Assembly: GCA_965220745.1 (NCBI GenBank)
Contig: CBDCQT010000007.1
Coordinates: 224,001-288,000, forward strand
Source of the DNA: Alphaproteobacteria bacterium
Lineage (GTDB): Bacteria > Pseudomonadota > Alphaproteobacteria > UBA828
DNA: 64,000 bases
Direction: 5' to 3'
In this document: piece by piece, positions 33,887-43,292 of the stretch
How positions within the stretch are numbered: the first letter of the stretch is position 1
Layout of the letters: each line of letters opens with the position of its first letter
Program-made: the position numbers and the translations under genes
Notes under the pieces: model-generated
Told to the model about the DNA's origin: nothing
The model's input: only the letters and a program-made list of their open reading frames with translations
Database searches by the model: none

Positions 33887-34011
33887 CGGCCGTCGTCTCC
33901 CTTTTGCGTCCCGTGACCAGAGTAGTCGCCGGACCGCGCGGAAAACAGCCGAATTTGCCGCCACTCCGGGCTTGCATAGACTCGGGCGTTCGCCAGGAGG
34001 GAGCCCGGTCA

Positions 34012-35025
34012 ATGATCGCCAACGCCAGCCGCCAGATCGTCCTCGCCGCCCGCCCGGAAGGGGCGCCGAAGGAGACAGATTTCCGCCTCGTCGAGGCGCC
34101 GGTGCCCGAGCCGGCAGAGGGCGAGCTGCTGGTTCGGACGATCTGGCTCTCCCTCGACCCCTACATGCGGCTCAGGATGGGCACGGACCTGCGCTACTAC
34201 CCGCCGATTCCGCTCGGCGACGCGATCGTGGGTGGTGCGGTCAGCCGCGTGGTGGAGAGCCGTCATCAGGGCTTCGCGCCCGGCGACATCATCGACGACT
34301 ACACGGGCTGGCAGGACTACGCCATCGCGCAAGGTGCCAGCGCGCGCAAGGTAGACCCGGCGCTGGGGCCGCTCTCCACCGCCATCGGCATCCTCGGCAT
34401 GCCGGGGCTCACCGCCTATCTCGGGCTGGTCAAGGTCGGCCGCCCCGCGCCGGGCGATACGGTCGTGATCTCGGCGGCGGCGGGCGCGGTCGGCGCGGTC
34501 GCGGGCCAGGTGGCGAAGATCGCTGGCTGCCGGGTGGTCGGCATCGCGGGCGGGGCGGAGAAGCTGCGTTACCTCACACAAGAGCTCGGGTTCGACGAGG
34601 CCATCGACCGCCACACGGACGACCTGCCGGGCGCCCTTGCCCAAGCCTGCCCGGACGGCATCGACGTCTACTTCGAGAACGTCGGCGGGCCCATCGGCGA
34701 TGCGATCTATCCCCTGCTCGCCCACGGCGCGCGCGTGGTGATCTGCGGCGGCATCTCCCACTACAACGCGACCGAGCCACCCAGGGTCGCGAGCCACCTC
34801 GCGCCCATCCTCTTCACCGAGACTGAGGTGAAGGGCTTCAACATCTTCTCCTACGGCGCACAGTACGAGCACGCGCGCAAGCGCCTCGCCCGTTGGCTCG
34901 CCGACGGCCGCCTCGCCTTCAAGGAGGACATCGTGGAGGGGCTGGAAAACGCGCCGCTCGCGTTTCAGCGCCTCTTCGACGGGCGCAACTTCGGCAAGCT
35001 GCTGGTCAGAGTCTCGGAGGAATAA
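34012..35025 (+). CDS. NADP-dependent oxidoreductase (CurA/prostaglandin reductase-like MDR)
   Basis: [50 protein letters not shown]. Confidence 0.92.
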   Translation: MIANASRQIVLAARPEGAPKETDFRLVEAPVPEPAEGELLVRTIWLSLDPYMRLRMGTDLRYYPPIPLGDAIVGGAVSRVVESRHQGFAPGDIIDDYTGWQDYAIAQGASARKVDPALGPLSTAIGILGMPGLTAYLGLVKVGRPAPGDTVVISAAAGAVGAVAGQVAKIAGCRVVGIAGGAEKLRYLTQELGFDEAIDRHTDDLPGALAQACPDGIDVYFENVGGPIGDAIYPLLAHGARVVICGGISHYNATEPPRVASHLAPILFTETEVKGFNIFSYGAQYEHARKRLARWLADGRLAFKEDIVEGLENAPLAFQRLFDGRNFGKLLVRVSEE

Positions 35026-35045
35026 CCCGCCTACGACTACGGGCG

Positions 35046-35720
35046 CTACTCGTGGCCGTGGACGTGATCCTGGCCGACGCGGATGCAGACCGGCACGGGC
35101 CGGTCTCTGTCGGGGTCCGGGGGTGAATCGTACATGTGCTCCAGCTCTTCGAGCACGACGGCGGTGATGTAGGGTATCGGCAGGTCCATGGCCTCGGTCA
35201 CCGGCACCCAGCCAAGGTCGAGCAGCTCACCGTTGCCGCCGAGGGTGCCCACCGTGTCCTCGGCGCGCGCCAGGAAGAACCGGGCATTGAAGCGGCGCGG
35301 CAGCCCTGGCGGCGTCACCGCGCGGTAGATGTAATCCAGCCTGTCCAGCGCGGGCGCCACTCCGGTGGCGTGGAAGGCCTGCCACTCGGGCCTGACGCGG
35401 CCGTTCGCCGCCAGCGCCTGGAGCCCGAGCGCGAGTCCGGTCTCCTCGAAGGTCTCGCGCACGGCCGCGGCGGCCAGCGAGCGGGCGCGCCCCGGTGTGC
35501 ATGCGCGCGCAAGCCGCGCGGCGACCGCCGGCTTGAGCTCCGTTGCCGGGCGCACCCAGCGGTCGCAGGGCTCGACGCCGCCGCCGGGAAACACGTACTG
35601 ATCCGGCATGAAAACACTGCGGCGGGGGCGGCGGCCCATCAGGACCTCGGGCCCATTCGCCCCGTCGTGCACCAGGACCAGCGTGGCGGCGTCTTTCGGT
35701 CGGGGACTCCGACGGTTCAC
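35046..35720 (-). CDS. NUDIX hydrolase
   Basis: PKDAATL, FMPDQYVFPGG, AAVRETFEETG, RRFNARFF. GTG start after GGAG. Confidence 0.85.
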   Translation of the reverse strand: MNRRSPRPKDAATLVLVHDGANGPEVLMGRRPRRSVFMPDQYVFPGGGVEPCDRWVRPATELKPAVAARLARACTPGRARSLAAAAVRETFEETGLALGLQALAANGRVRPEWQAFHATGVAPALDRLDYIYRAVTPPGLPRRFNARFFLARAEDTVGTLGGNGELLDLGWVPVTEAMDLPIPYITAVVLEELEHMYDSPPDPDRDRPVPVCIRVGQDHVHGHE

Positions 35721-35950
35721 GTCATATTCGCTCCGTAGCGCGGCGGCGCATCTTACGCGCAAGCGCCAGCAATGCCGATGGTGGATCGGCGTCTCACTAG
35801 CCTAGCGGCGAACATTGCGCCCCGGCGGCGTTTCCGTTACCTCTCAAGGCTGTGCGGAAGGACCAAGGCACGGCGGGCCGGCATGGACGAGAGCGGCATG
35901 GCGGGCACGGTTGCTGACCCCGCCGGCGGCCCGGCGGTGAAGGTGCGCGC

Positions 35951-36865
35951 ATGACGGTTGCCGCGCGCCGGGAGCCGCAATTCACCCACCGCGCGAGCAT
36001 CTTCGCCGACCGGCACTTCAAGTGGCTGGTGATCGCGCCGGCAATCATCGTGCTCCTGCTGATCGGCCTCTATCCGCTGGTTCACACCGCCATCGTCAGC
36101 TTCCAGGATATCACCATGCTGGCCGAGGACACCTCCTGGTCCGGCGGCAAGCACTACGCGGCGCTCTTCTCTGACACGCGGCTCTGGGAATCGATCGGCC
36201 ACACCTTCCTGATCCTAGCCATCGCGCTCCCCATCGAGCTGGTTCTGGGCCTGCTGATGGCGCAGCTCTTCCTCGAAAAGATGCCGCTCAAGCAGGTATT
36301 CATCGCGCTCCTGATCATCCCGACCGTGATCTCGCCGATCGTCGCGGGCTCCACCTGGCGGCTGATGTTCGACAACCAGTACGGGCCGATCAACCAGATC
36401 ATCGGCTGGTTCTCGTCGGACCCTGTGGCGATCCTCTGGCTCTCACGGCCGGAATGGGTCTATCCGGCGATCCTGGTCTGCGAGGTGTGGCAGTGGACGC
36501 CGTTCATGTTCCTGATTCTGCTGGCCGCGCTCTCCAACGTCGACCGCAGCCTGATCGAGGCGGCTGAGATCGACGGCGCCTCGTTCTGGAAGATCTTCTT
36601 CAAGATCACGCTTCCGGTGATCAAGCCGGTGCTGATCATCGCCATCCTGATCCGCGCGCTCGATCTCTTCCGCATCTTCGACATCATCTGGGCGATGACC
36701 AAAGGCGGACCCGGTACGATGACCGAGACGATCTCGATTTACACCTACATCCGGGCCTTCAAGGAGTTCGAGACGAGCTATGCGGGCGCGATCGCCTTCC
36801 TGGTAATCATTCTGCTTTCGATCATCGTCATATTCGCGCTCAAGCGGGTGGAGATCGCCCGATGA
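35951..36865 (+). CDS. CUT1 (carbohydrate-type) ABC transporter permease
   Basis: Six-TM pattern, WQWTPF, EAA motif EAAEIDGA, TKGGPG. Confidence 0.92.
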   Translation: MTVAARREPQFTHRASIFADRHFKWLVIAPAIIVLLLIGLYPLVHTAIVSFQDITMLAEDTSWSGGKHYAALFSDTRLWESIGHTFLILAIALPIELVLGLLMAQLFLEKMPLKQVFIALLIIPTVISPIVAGSTWRLMFDNQYGPINQIIGWFSSDPVAILWLSRPEWVYPAILVCEVWQWTPFMFLILLAALSNVDRSLIEAAEIDGASFWKIFFKITLPVIKPVLIIAILIRALDLFRIFDIIWAMTKGGPGTMTETISIYTYIRAFKEFETSYAGAIAFLVIILLSIIVIFALKRVEIAR

Positions 36866-37737
36866 CGGCGGCCGACACACCCACCCCTCAGCCGAGCAGT
36901 CGGTGGCCGCGCTGGCTCACCCGCGAGCGCCGGCGTATGGCCTGGCGCTTCCTGATCGCGCTGGTGGTGCTGGTGTTCTTCCTCTTCCCGGTCTACTGGC
37001 TCTTCATCACCTCGATCAAATCAGCAGGCGACATCTTCGCCCGCCCGCCGGTCTGGTTCCCCGAGCAACCCAGCTTTCGCATCTTCGGGGTGCTGTTCAA
37101 GGATGGCGACGTCTGGGCCATCTACAACAGCTTGATCATCGCCAGCGTCTCGACTGTTGCCGCCATGATCCTCGGCACCGCGGCCGCCTACTCCCTCGCG
37201 CGCTTCAAGACCGGCGGACAGAACCTCGCGATCTGGATCATCTCGCAGCGGATGATCCCGCCCATCGTCATCGTCTTCCCGATCTTCCTGCTGTTCGTCT
37301 GGTTCGGCTGGATCGACAGCTACGTCGGGCTGATCCTGCTCTATATCGCGTTCAACCTGCCCTACGTGATCTGGATGATGCGCGGCTACATCGAGGACAT
37401 TCCGGTCGAGGTGGAGGAGAGCGCGCTGACCGACGGCTGCTCGCGCTGGCAGGCGCTGCGCAAGATCGTCTTCCCCATGGCGCGCACCGGCATCTTCGCG
37501 ACGGCGGTGTTCACCTTCATCTTCGCGTGGAACGAGTTCGTCTTCGCACTGATCCTGACCCGCACGGAGGTGCTTACCTTCCCCGTGCTGGTCACCCATT
37601 ATTACGGCGCCCAGTCGACCTTCTGGTCGAAGATCGCGGCGCTCTCGGTGCTCGGCACGCTCCCGGTGTTCTTCGCGGTGGCGACGCTGCAGCGCTTCCT
37701 GGTGCGCGGTATCACCATGGGCGCGGTCAAGGGGTAG
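36862..37737 (+). CDS. CUT1 ABC transporter permease
   Basis: AAYSLARF, EESALTDG (EAA), FIFAWNEF, GAVKG end. ATGA overlap with the preceding permease. Confidence 0.92.
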   Translation: MTAADTPTPQPSSRWPRWLTRERRRMAWRFLIALVVLVFFLFPVYWLFITSIKSAGDIFARPPVWFPEQPSFRIFGVLFKDGDVWAIYNSLIIASVSTVAAMILGTAAAYSLARFKTGGQNLAIWIISQRMIPPIVIVFPIFLLFVWFGWIDSYVGLILLYIAFNLPYVIWMMRGYIEDIPVEVEESALTDGCSRWQALRKIVFPMARTGIFATAVFTFIFAWNEFVFALILTRTEVLTFPVLVTHYYGAQSTFWSKIAALSVLGTLPVFFAVATLQRFLVRGITMGAVKG

Positions 37738-37747
37738 GAGGAGCGCG

Positions 37748-38845
37748 ATGGCCGGAGTCAGGCTGCGCGGCGTGCACAAGCGTTTCGGCAAGGTCCATGC
37801 CGTGCGCGGGGTGGACATCGAGATTCCCGACCGCGCGTTCACCGTGCTGGTCGGGCCGTCCGGCTGCGGCAAGAGCACGCTGCTCCGCATGATCGCCGGC
37901 CTGGAAGAGGTAACCGAAGGCACGGTGGAGATTGACGGTGAGATGGTCAACGACGTCCGGCCCAAGGACCGGGACGTCGCCATGGTGTTTCAGAACTATG
38001 CACTCTACCCGCACATGTCGGTGTTCGAGAACGTGGCCTTCGGGCTCAGGATGCGGAACGCGCCCAGTGCCGAGATTCGCCCGCGGGTGGAGCGGGCGGC
38101 GGCGATGCTGGGGATCGCGGACCTGCTCGAGCGCCAGCCGCGCCAGCTCTCCGGCGGTCAGCGCCAGCGGGTCGCCATGGGCCGCGCTCTGGTGCGGGAC
38201 GCGAAGCTCTATCTCTTCGACGAGCCGCTCAGCAACCTCGACGCCCAGCTGCGCGACGAGATGCGCACCGAGATCAAGCGGCTGCATCAGGAGATGCGGC
38301 GCACCATGATTTACGTCACCCACGATCAGGTGGAGGCGATGACCCTCGCCGACCGCATCGTGCTGCTGCGCGAGGGCGAGATCGAGCAGGAGGGCCCGCC
38401 GCTGGAGCTCTACGAGCAGCCGCAGACCCGCTTCGTCGCGGGCTTCATCGGCTCGCCGGCGATGAACTTCACCCCGGCACGGATCGAGGCGGCGGACGGC
38501 GCGCTCGCGGTTCGGGCCGGAGAGCACGCCTTCGCTCTGCCGCCCGCGCGGGCCGAGCGCCACGCGGGCGACGGCGGGCGCGAGGTGCTGCTCGGTATCA
38601 GGCCCGAGCACATGTACCGGGCCGAGGGCGAGGCGGCCCGGCCCGACTGCGCCAGACTCGAGACGACGGTCGAGATTGTCGAGCCCATGGGCGCCAACAC
38701 GCTCGTCAACTTCCACCTGGGCGAGACCTCGATGCTCGTGCGCCTCGACGGCTCCGCCGGCGAGCAGCCGGGGGATTCACTCCCGCTCGACCTGGACATG
38801 AGCCGGGCCGTCCTCGTCGATCCCGAGAGCGAACGGGTGATCTGA
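37748..38845 (+). CDS. MalK/UgpC-type ABC ATP-binding protein
   Basis: GPSGCGKST, VFQNYALYPHM, LSGGQRQR, DEPLSNLDA, TOBE-like tail. Confidence 0.95.
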   Translation: MAGVRLRGVHKRFGKVHAVRGVDIEIPDRAFTVLVGPSGCGKSTLLRMIAGLEEVTEGTVEIDGEMVNDVRPKDRDVAMVFQNYALYPHMSVFENVAFGLRMRNAPSAEIRPRVERAAAMLGIADLLERQPRQLSGGQRQRVAMGRALVRDAKLYLFDEPLSNLDAQLRDEMRTEIKRLHQEMRRTMIYVTHDQVEAMTLADRIVLLREGEIEQEGPPLELYEQPQTRFVAGFIGSPAMNFTPARIEAADGALAVRAGEHAFALPPARAERHAGDGGREVLLGIRPEHMYRAEGEAARPDCARLETTVEIVEPMGANTLVNFHLGETSMLVRLDGSAGEQPGDSLPLDLDMSRAVLVDPESERVI

Positions 38846-38856
38846 AGTCGTCTGAG

Positions 38857-39732
38857 TTAACCGGTGGCGGACAGCGTACCGATGCCGGCAATCACGATGG
38901 CGACGCCCAGCCACTGAAGCGGCACCACCGGCTCGCGCAGGAAGATCCGCGCCAGAATGATCGTCACCACCGAATAGGCCGAGCTTGTGACGATGGCGAA
39001 CTCCCCGTTCTCCAGCGCGAGCCCGGCGTAGACGAAGACGTAGCCGAGCGTATCCACGAGCGCGATAAAGAGAATCAGCGGCCATGCGCGGAGCGGCATA
39101 TGCGGTAGCCTGCGCATGACCAGGAAGCCCGCCCCGAGCGCGACAGCGCCGACAATCCGTCCCGAGAGCAGCGTGAGCGGGAGGCCGTAGCGCTCGATCG
39201 CTTCGTCGGCGGCGAGCAGGGCGACGGCGAAGAGCACCGCCGAGCCGAGCGCCATTAGAGCGGCGCGCCGTATCACCGCCGGTGCGTATTCCGGCTTGTC
39301 GCCGCCGTCAACGCGCGAGACCGCGAGCGCCACCAGCCAGACCCCGCCGATCGTGGCTGCCATCGCGATCCAGTGGATGATCTCTGGTCGGGCGCCGAAG
39401 GCGACCGTTATCGGCACCGCGAACGCCGGGTAGCTGGAGACCATGGGCGAGCCGAGCGAGACCGGGCCGCGGGTCAGCGCCTCGAACAGCATAAGCGTTG
39501 CCAGCATTGTGGCGACGCCGTTGAGGGCCAGCAGCCAGAGCCCGGACAGCTCCCAGACCAGCGTCTCGCCGCTCACCACGATGTAGAGCCCGACCGCGAG
39601 GCTGCCGACCAGCATCATGCCGAACAGCCCCTGCGGCACGCCGATCGCGCGGCCAAGGAAGCGTGCCGTGAAGTCGCCGACGCCCCAGCTCGCGGCGGCG
39701 CCTGCGCCCATGAGCGCCGAGCCGGCGATCAT
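38857..39732 (-). CDS. EamA/DMT family transporter
   Basis: About ten hydrophobic helices in two repeats, ending LARIFLRE...QWLGVAIVIAG. Confidence 0.85.
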   Translation of the reverse strand: MIAGSALMGAGAAASWGVGDFTARFLGRAIGVPQGLFGMMLVGSLAVGLYIVVSGETLVWELSGLWLLALNGVATMLATLMLFEALTRGPVSLGSPMVSSYPAFAVPITVAFGARPEIIHWIAMAATIGGVWLVALAVSRVDGGDKPEYAPAVIRRAALMALGSAVLFAVALLAADEAIERYGLPLTLLSGRIVGAVALGAGFLVMRRLPHMPLRAWPLILFIALVDTLGYVFVYAGLALENGEFAIVTSSAYSVVTIILARIFLREPVVPLQWLGVAIVIAGIGTLSATG

Positions 39733-39802
39733 TGCGTACCCGATCCGCCCGCGCCGACTGGATGGCGAGAGGCCACCGCGCTCTCGTTCGTAACCGTGGC
39801 GC

Positions 39803-40483
39803 TCAGGACTCGCCGATCTCGCCCAGAATTTCGTCGGCCGGGATGACACGCGCGTAGCCGCGCCGCAGCGTTTTCAGCTCCGCCTCGTGCAGCTCCCGGT
39901 TGTCGGTCGCGGTCACGTCACTGCCGAAGATGACCTTGTAGTCGCGAAAGAAGGCGTCCCGGGCGGTCGCGCCGCAGCAGTAATTGGTCATGCAGCCCGT
40001 GATGATCACCGTGTCCACGTCGCAGCCGCGCAAGTAAGTGTGCAGGTCCGTATCGAAGAAGGCGCTGTAGCGGTGCTTCTGGATGACCTTCTCGCCCGGC
40101 TCCGGCGCGATCTCGTGATAGGTGGGCACGTCTTCGGCGCCGATTCGGAGCGCGCCGTCCTTGATCGGCCGGTTGAGCGGCACATCCCACATCAATCCCT
40201 TGTCCCGGCCCGTGGCGTCGTGGGCGTGCTCGGTGAAGATGACGGGGATGCCGAGGGTGCGGCATCGCTCGATCAGCGCCTTGACGCGGGGCAGGATCCG
40301 CAGGTTTTCCGGGGTCCACATGCGCGCGCCCTCGGCGACGAATCCTTCCTGGAGGTCGATCACCAGCAGCGCCGTCTTGCCCGCATCGATGGGAAAGTCG
40401 GGGTTGGACGCTTCGTATTGATCGGCTGCGCGCTCGAGGATTTCCGCCTCGCCCGGAAATGCCCGATCGGCCCTGTCCGCCAT
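39803..40483 (-). CDS. Isochorismatase-family cysteine hydrolase (amidohydrolase)
   Basis: Asp-Lys-Cys triad: LLVIDLQ, KHRYSAF, GCMTNYCC...TARDA. RBS GGAGG. Confidence 0.92.
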   Translation of the reverse strand: MADRADRAFPGEAEILERAADQYEASNPDFPIDAGKTALLVIDLQEGFVAEGARMWTPENLRILPRVKALIERCRTLGIPVIFTEHAHDATGRDKGLMWDVPLNRPIKDGALRIGAEDVPTYHEIAPEPGEKVIQKHRYSAFFDTDLHTYLRGCDVDTVIITGCMTNYCCGATARDAFFRDYKVIFGSDVTATDNRELHEAELKTLRRGYARVIPADEILGEIGES

Positions 40484-40697
40484 GCCTCCCTCCTCGCCGT
40501 TCTTCCTGAAGTCCGCCGGCTTTCGGGCCGGCTCGCGTGCGGGAGAGCGGAGAATACCCCAGATCGCCGGCGCCGCCGACGCTCCGACAGGCCGCGGCGC
40601 TCGCACCCACAAGCGCCGATACGGCGATCATGTTATGCCCAACCGATGTACGATGGCGGGGCGCCGCAGGCGCGCGACTTTGCCAAGGGTGACGGAC

Positions 40698-41531
40698 ATG
40701 CACATCGCCTGCTTGACCTTTGACTTCGACGCCGTCTCGGGCTTCATCGCTCAGGGCATGCGCTCGCCGACGCCGATCAGCCGGGGCGAGTTCGGGCTGG
40801 TCGGCACCGAGCGCATCCTGGCTTTGCTCAAGCGGCACGACATCCGGGCGACCTGGTTCATCCCAGGTCACACCATCGAGACCTATCCCGAGATGTCGGT
40901 TCGCGTCGCGGTGGCGGGGCACGAGATCGGCCATCACGGCTGGACCCACATGACGCCGGTCACCATGTCGCGCGACGAGGAGGAGGCGGGGCTCCAGCGC
41001 GGCACCGACGCCATCGTCAAGCTCTGCGGGCTGAAACCCAGAGGCTACCGCTCACCGGCCTGGGACCTGAGCGAGAACACGGTCGATCTCCTAGTTTCGC
41101 GTGGCTTCCTCTACGAGAGCAGCATGATGGGGAACGACTACACCCCCTATTTCGCGCGCACGGGCGACGTGATCGCGCTCGAGGAACCCATGCAGTTCGG
41201 GCCCGAGACCAGCCTGGTCGAGATGCCGATCAGCTGGACGCTGGACGACTACCCGCACTTCGAGTTCGTGCAGAACCAGCGCTACCGCATCCAGGGCCTG
41301 ATGCCGGCCGGCGGCGTGCTGCAGAACTGGGTGGACGACTTCGACTACATGACCCGCACGATGGAATGGGGCGTGCTCACCTACACCTGCCACCCGCTCG
41401 TGATCGGCCGCGGCCACCGCATGATGATGCTGGAGCGACTAATCGAGGCGCTGCAGGGTCTGGGCGCGGTCTTCATGACGATGGAGGACGCCGCGAACGC
41501 CTGGCTGGAGCGCACCGCGCCCTCAGGCTGA
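40698..41531 (+). CDS. Polysaccharide deacetylase (CE4) family protein, PuuE/HpPgdA-like
   Basis: LTFDFDA, ATWFIPG, HEIGHHGWTH, GYRSPAW, HPLVIGRGHR. No signal peptide. Confidence 0.85.
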   Translation: MHIACLTFDFDAVSGFIAQGMRSPTPISRGEFGLVGTERILALLKRHDIRATWFIPGHTIETYPEMSVRVAVAGHEIGHHGWTHMTPVTMSRDEEEAGLQRGTDAIVKLCGLKPRGYRSPAWDLSENTVDLLVSRGFLYESSMMGNDYTPYFARTGDVIALEEPMQFGPETSLVEMPISWTLDDYPHFEFVQNQRYRIQGLMPAGGVLQNWVDDFDYMTRTMEWGVLTYTCHPLVIGRGHRMMMLERLIEALQGLGAVFMTMEDAANAWLERTAPSG

Positions 41532-43118
41532 GCTGCGGATCATCTCCGCCACCTTCTCGCCGATCATGACGCAGGTCGCCAGCGGATTGCCGCTGACGAT
41601 GGTCGGCATGATCGACGCGTCCGCGACATGGAGGTTCTCGACCCCCCGCACGCGCAGGCGGTGGTCGACCACTGCCTGATCGTCCTGGCCCATTTTGCAG
41701 GTGCCGACCGGGTGGTATCCGCTGAGCGAGTTCTCGCGCAGGTAGGCGCGCCACTCGTCGTCGGTCTGCACGTCGCTCGACGGGCGGTAGTCGCCGGCGA
41801 TGGAGCGGGCGAGCGGCTCGGTCTGGAACAGCTTACGCTGCAGCTTGGCGCCCGCGAGCAGAAGCTCGAGGTCGCGCTCGTCGGCGAAGAGGTTGGGCTG
41901 AATCGTCGAATGCACGAGCGGGTCGGCGGAGCGGAGCCCGACCCGCCCTCGGGAGTAGGGCCTGAGCAGGTTGATCAGGCCCGTGACCGCAGGCCGGTCG
42001 AAGAGCACGGGCCCGTCCGCCGACAGATCGTAGCCGGCGGGCGTGAACATGTATTGAAGGTCGGAGCGGCCCTCGCTCATGTCGTGGCGCAGGAAGGCGG
42101 TGACTTGAGAGTGTGGCGTTGACGCCGGGCCGGAGCCCGCGAGCAGCCACTGCGCACCGTATATCAGCCCGCCGATGGGTCCCATCAGTGTGTTGTAGGT
42201 CGGAACGCTGGCAAAGCAGGTCTGCGCAAGGCCTGGATGATCCTGCAGGTTCTCGCCCACGCCCGGCAGGTCGTGGATCACCGGAATGTCGAGCCCGCGC
42301 AAGCGCGCCGCTGGGCCCACGCCGGAGAGCATGAGGAGCTGCGGCGAGGCATAGGTGCCGGCGCACACGATCACCGCGCGCGCCGCCTCCGCCCGCTCGG
42401 TGCGGTCCCGGCGGGTGTACTCGACCCCGGTGGCGCGCCTGCCGTCGAACAGCACGCGCCGGATGTGGGCGTGTGTCAGCACCCGCAGTTTCCGCCGCCG
42501 CATCGCCGGCCTGAGGTAAGCGCGCCCGGTGCTGTGCCGCCGCCCCCTGCGCTGGGTGGCGGGCACGTAGCCGACCCCAGCCTGCGGCGGCGTGTTAACA
42601 TCGGCCACGCGCTTGATTCCCAAGTTGACGCAGGCCTGAAGATAGTCGTGCGAGAGCGGGTGCAGAGTGCGGATGTTGGAGACCGAAAGCGGGCCGCCCG
42701 AGCCGTGATAGGCATCGGCGCCGTTCTCGTTGTTTTCCGAGCGCTTGAAGTAGGGCAGCACGCTCTCGAAATCCCAGCCCTCGCAGCCGAGTGCGGCCCA
42801 GCCGTCGTAGTCCTCCGGTTGCCCTCGCAGGTAGGACATGCCGTTGATAGCGCTGGTGCCGCCCAGCACCTTGCCGCGCGGCATGTAGTCCTCGCGCCCG
42901 TCGCGCGTCGGGTCGGGCTCGGCCTTAAACCCCCAGTCGTAGCGTGGATTGGACAGCGCCAGGACAAGTCCGGCGGCGGGCATCGAGACGGCGATGCTCC
43001 GGTCCGAGCCGCCGGCCTCCAGCACCAGCACGCGGCTGCGCCCGTCCTCGGTCAGGCGGTTGGCGACGACGCTGCCGGTCGTCCCCGCGCCCGCGACGAT
43101 GTAATCCCACGTCACCAT
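41523..43118 (-). CDS. GMC-family FAD oxidoreductase (choline dehydrogenase-like)
   Basis: DYIVAGAGTTG, RGKVLGGTSAING, GVGENLQDH, YHPVGTCKMG, VADASIMP. RBS GAGGAGG before ATG 43118. Confidence 0.93.
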   Translation of the reverse strand: MVTWDYIVAGAGTTGSVVANRLTEDGRSRVLVLEAGGSDRSIAVSMPAAGLVLALSNPRYDWGFKAEPDPTRDGREDYMPRGKVLGGTSAINGMSYLRGQPEDYDGWAALGCEGWDFESVLPYFKRSENNENGADAYHGSGGPLSVSNIRTLHPLSHDYLQACVNLGIKRVADVNTPPQAGVGYVPATQRRGRRHSTGRAYLRPAMRRRKLRVLTHAHIRRVLFDGRRATGVEYTRRDRTERAEAARAVIVCAGTYASPQLLMLSGVGPAARLRGLDIPVIHDLPGVGENLQDHPGLAQTCFASVPTYNTLMGPIGGLIYGAQWLLAGSGPASTPHSQVTAFLRHDMSEGRSDLQYMFTPAGYDLSADGPVLFDRPAVTGLINLLRPYSRGRVGLRSADPLVHSTIQPNLFADERDLELLLAGAKLQRKLFQTEPLARSIAGDYRPSSDVQTDDEWRAYLRENSLSGYHPVGTCKMGQDDQAVVDHRLRVRGVENLHVADASIMPTIVSGNPLATCVMIGEKVAEMIRSSA

Positions 43119-43292
43119 CGCCTCCTCACGATCCACGCGCCCGCCCGATTTGCACGCGCGCCTCCCCGAAATTGGAGACTGCGGGCCCCGGCATTTGAGC
43201 ATAGGGTACTCCGGTTGCATCCCTCCACGCAGGCGAATCCGGCGATCGTGTCCGGCGGGGGCGGGACGGCTATCGGATGGCAGGGAACCGGC

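Noticed and set aside
33887-34011. Riboswitch or NtrC/sigma54 control upstream of ureAB
   Set aside because: I found no recognisable aptamer, terminator or -24/-12 motif by eye. An Rfam scan would settle it.
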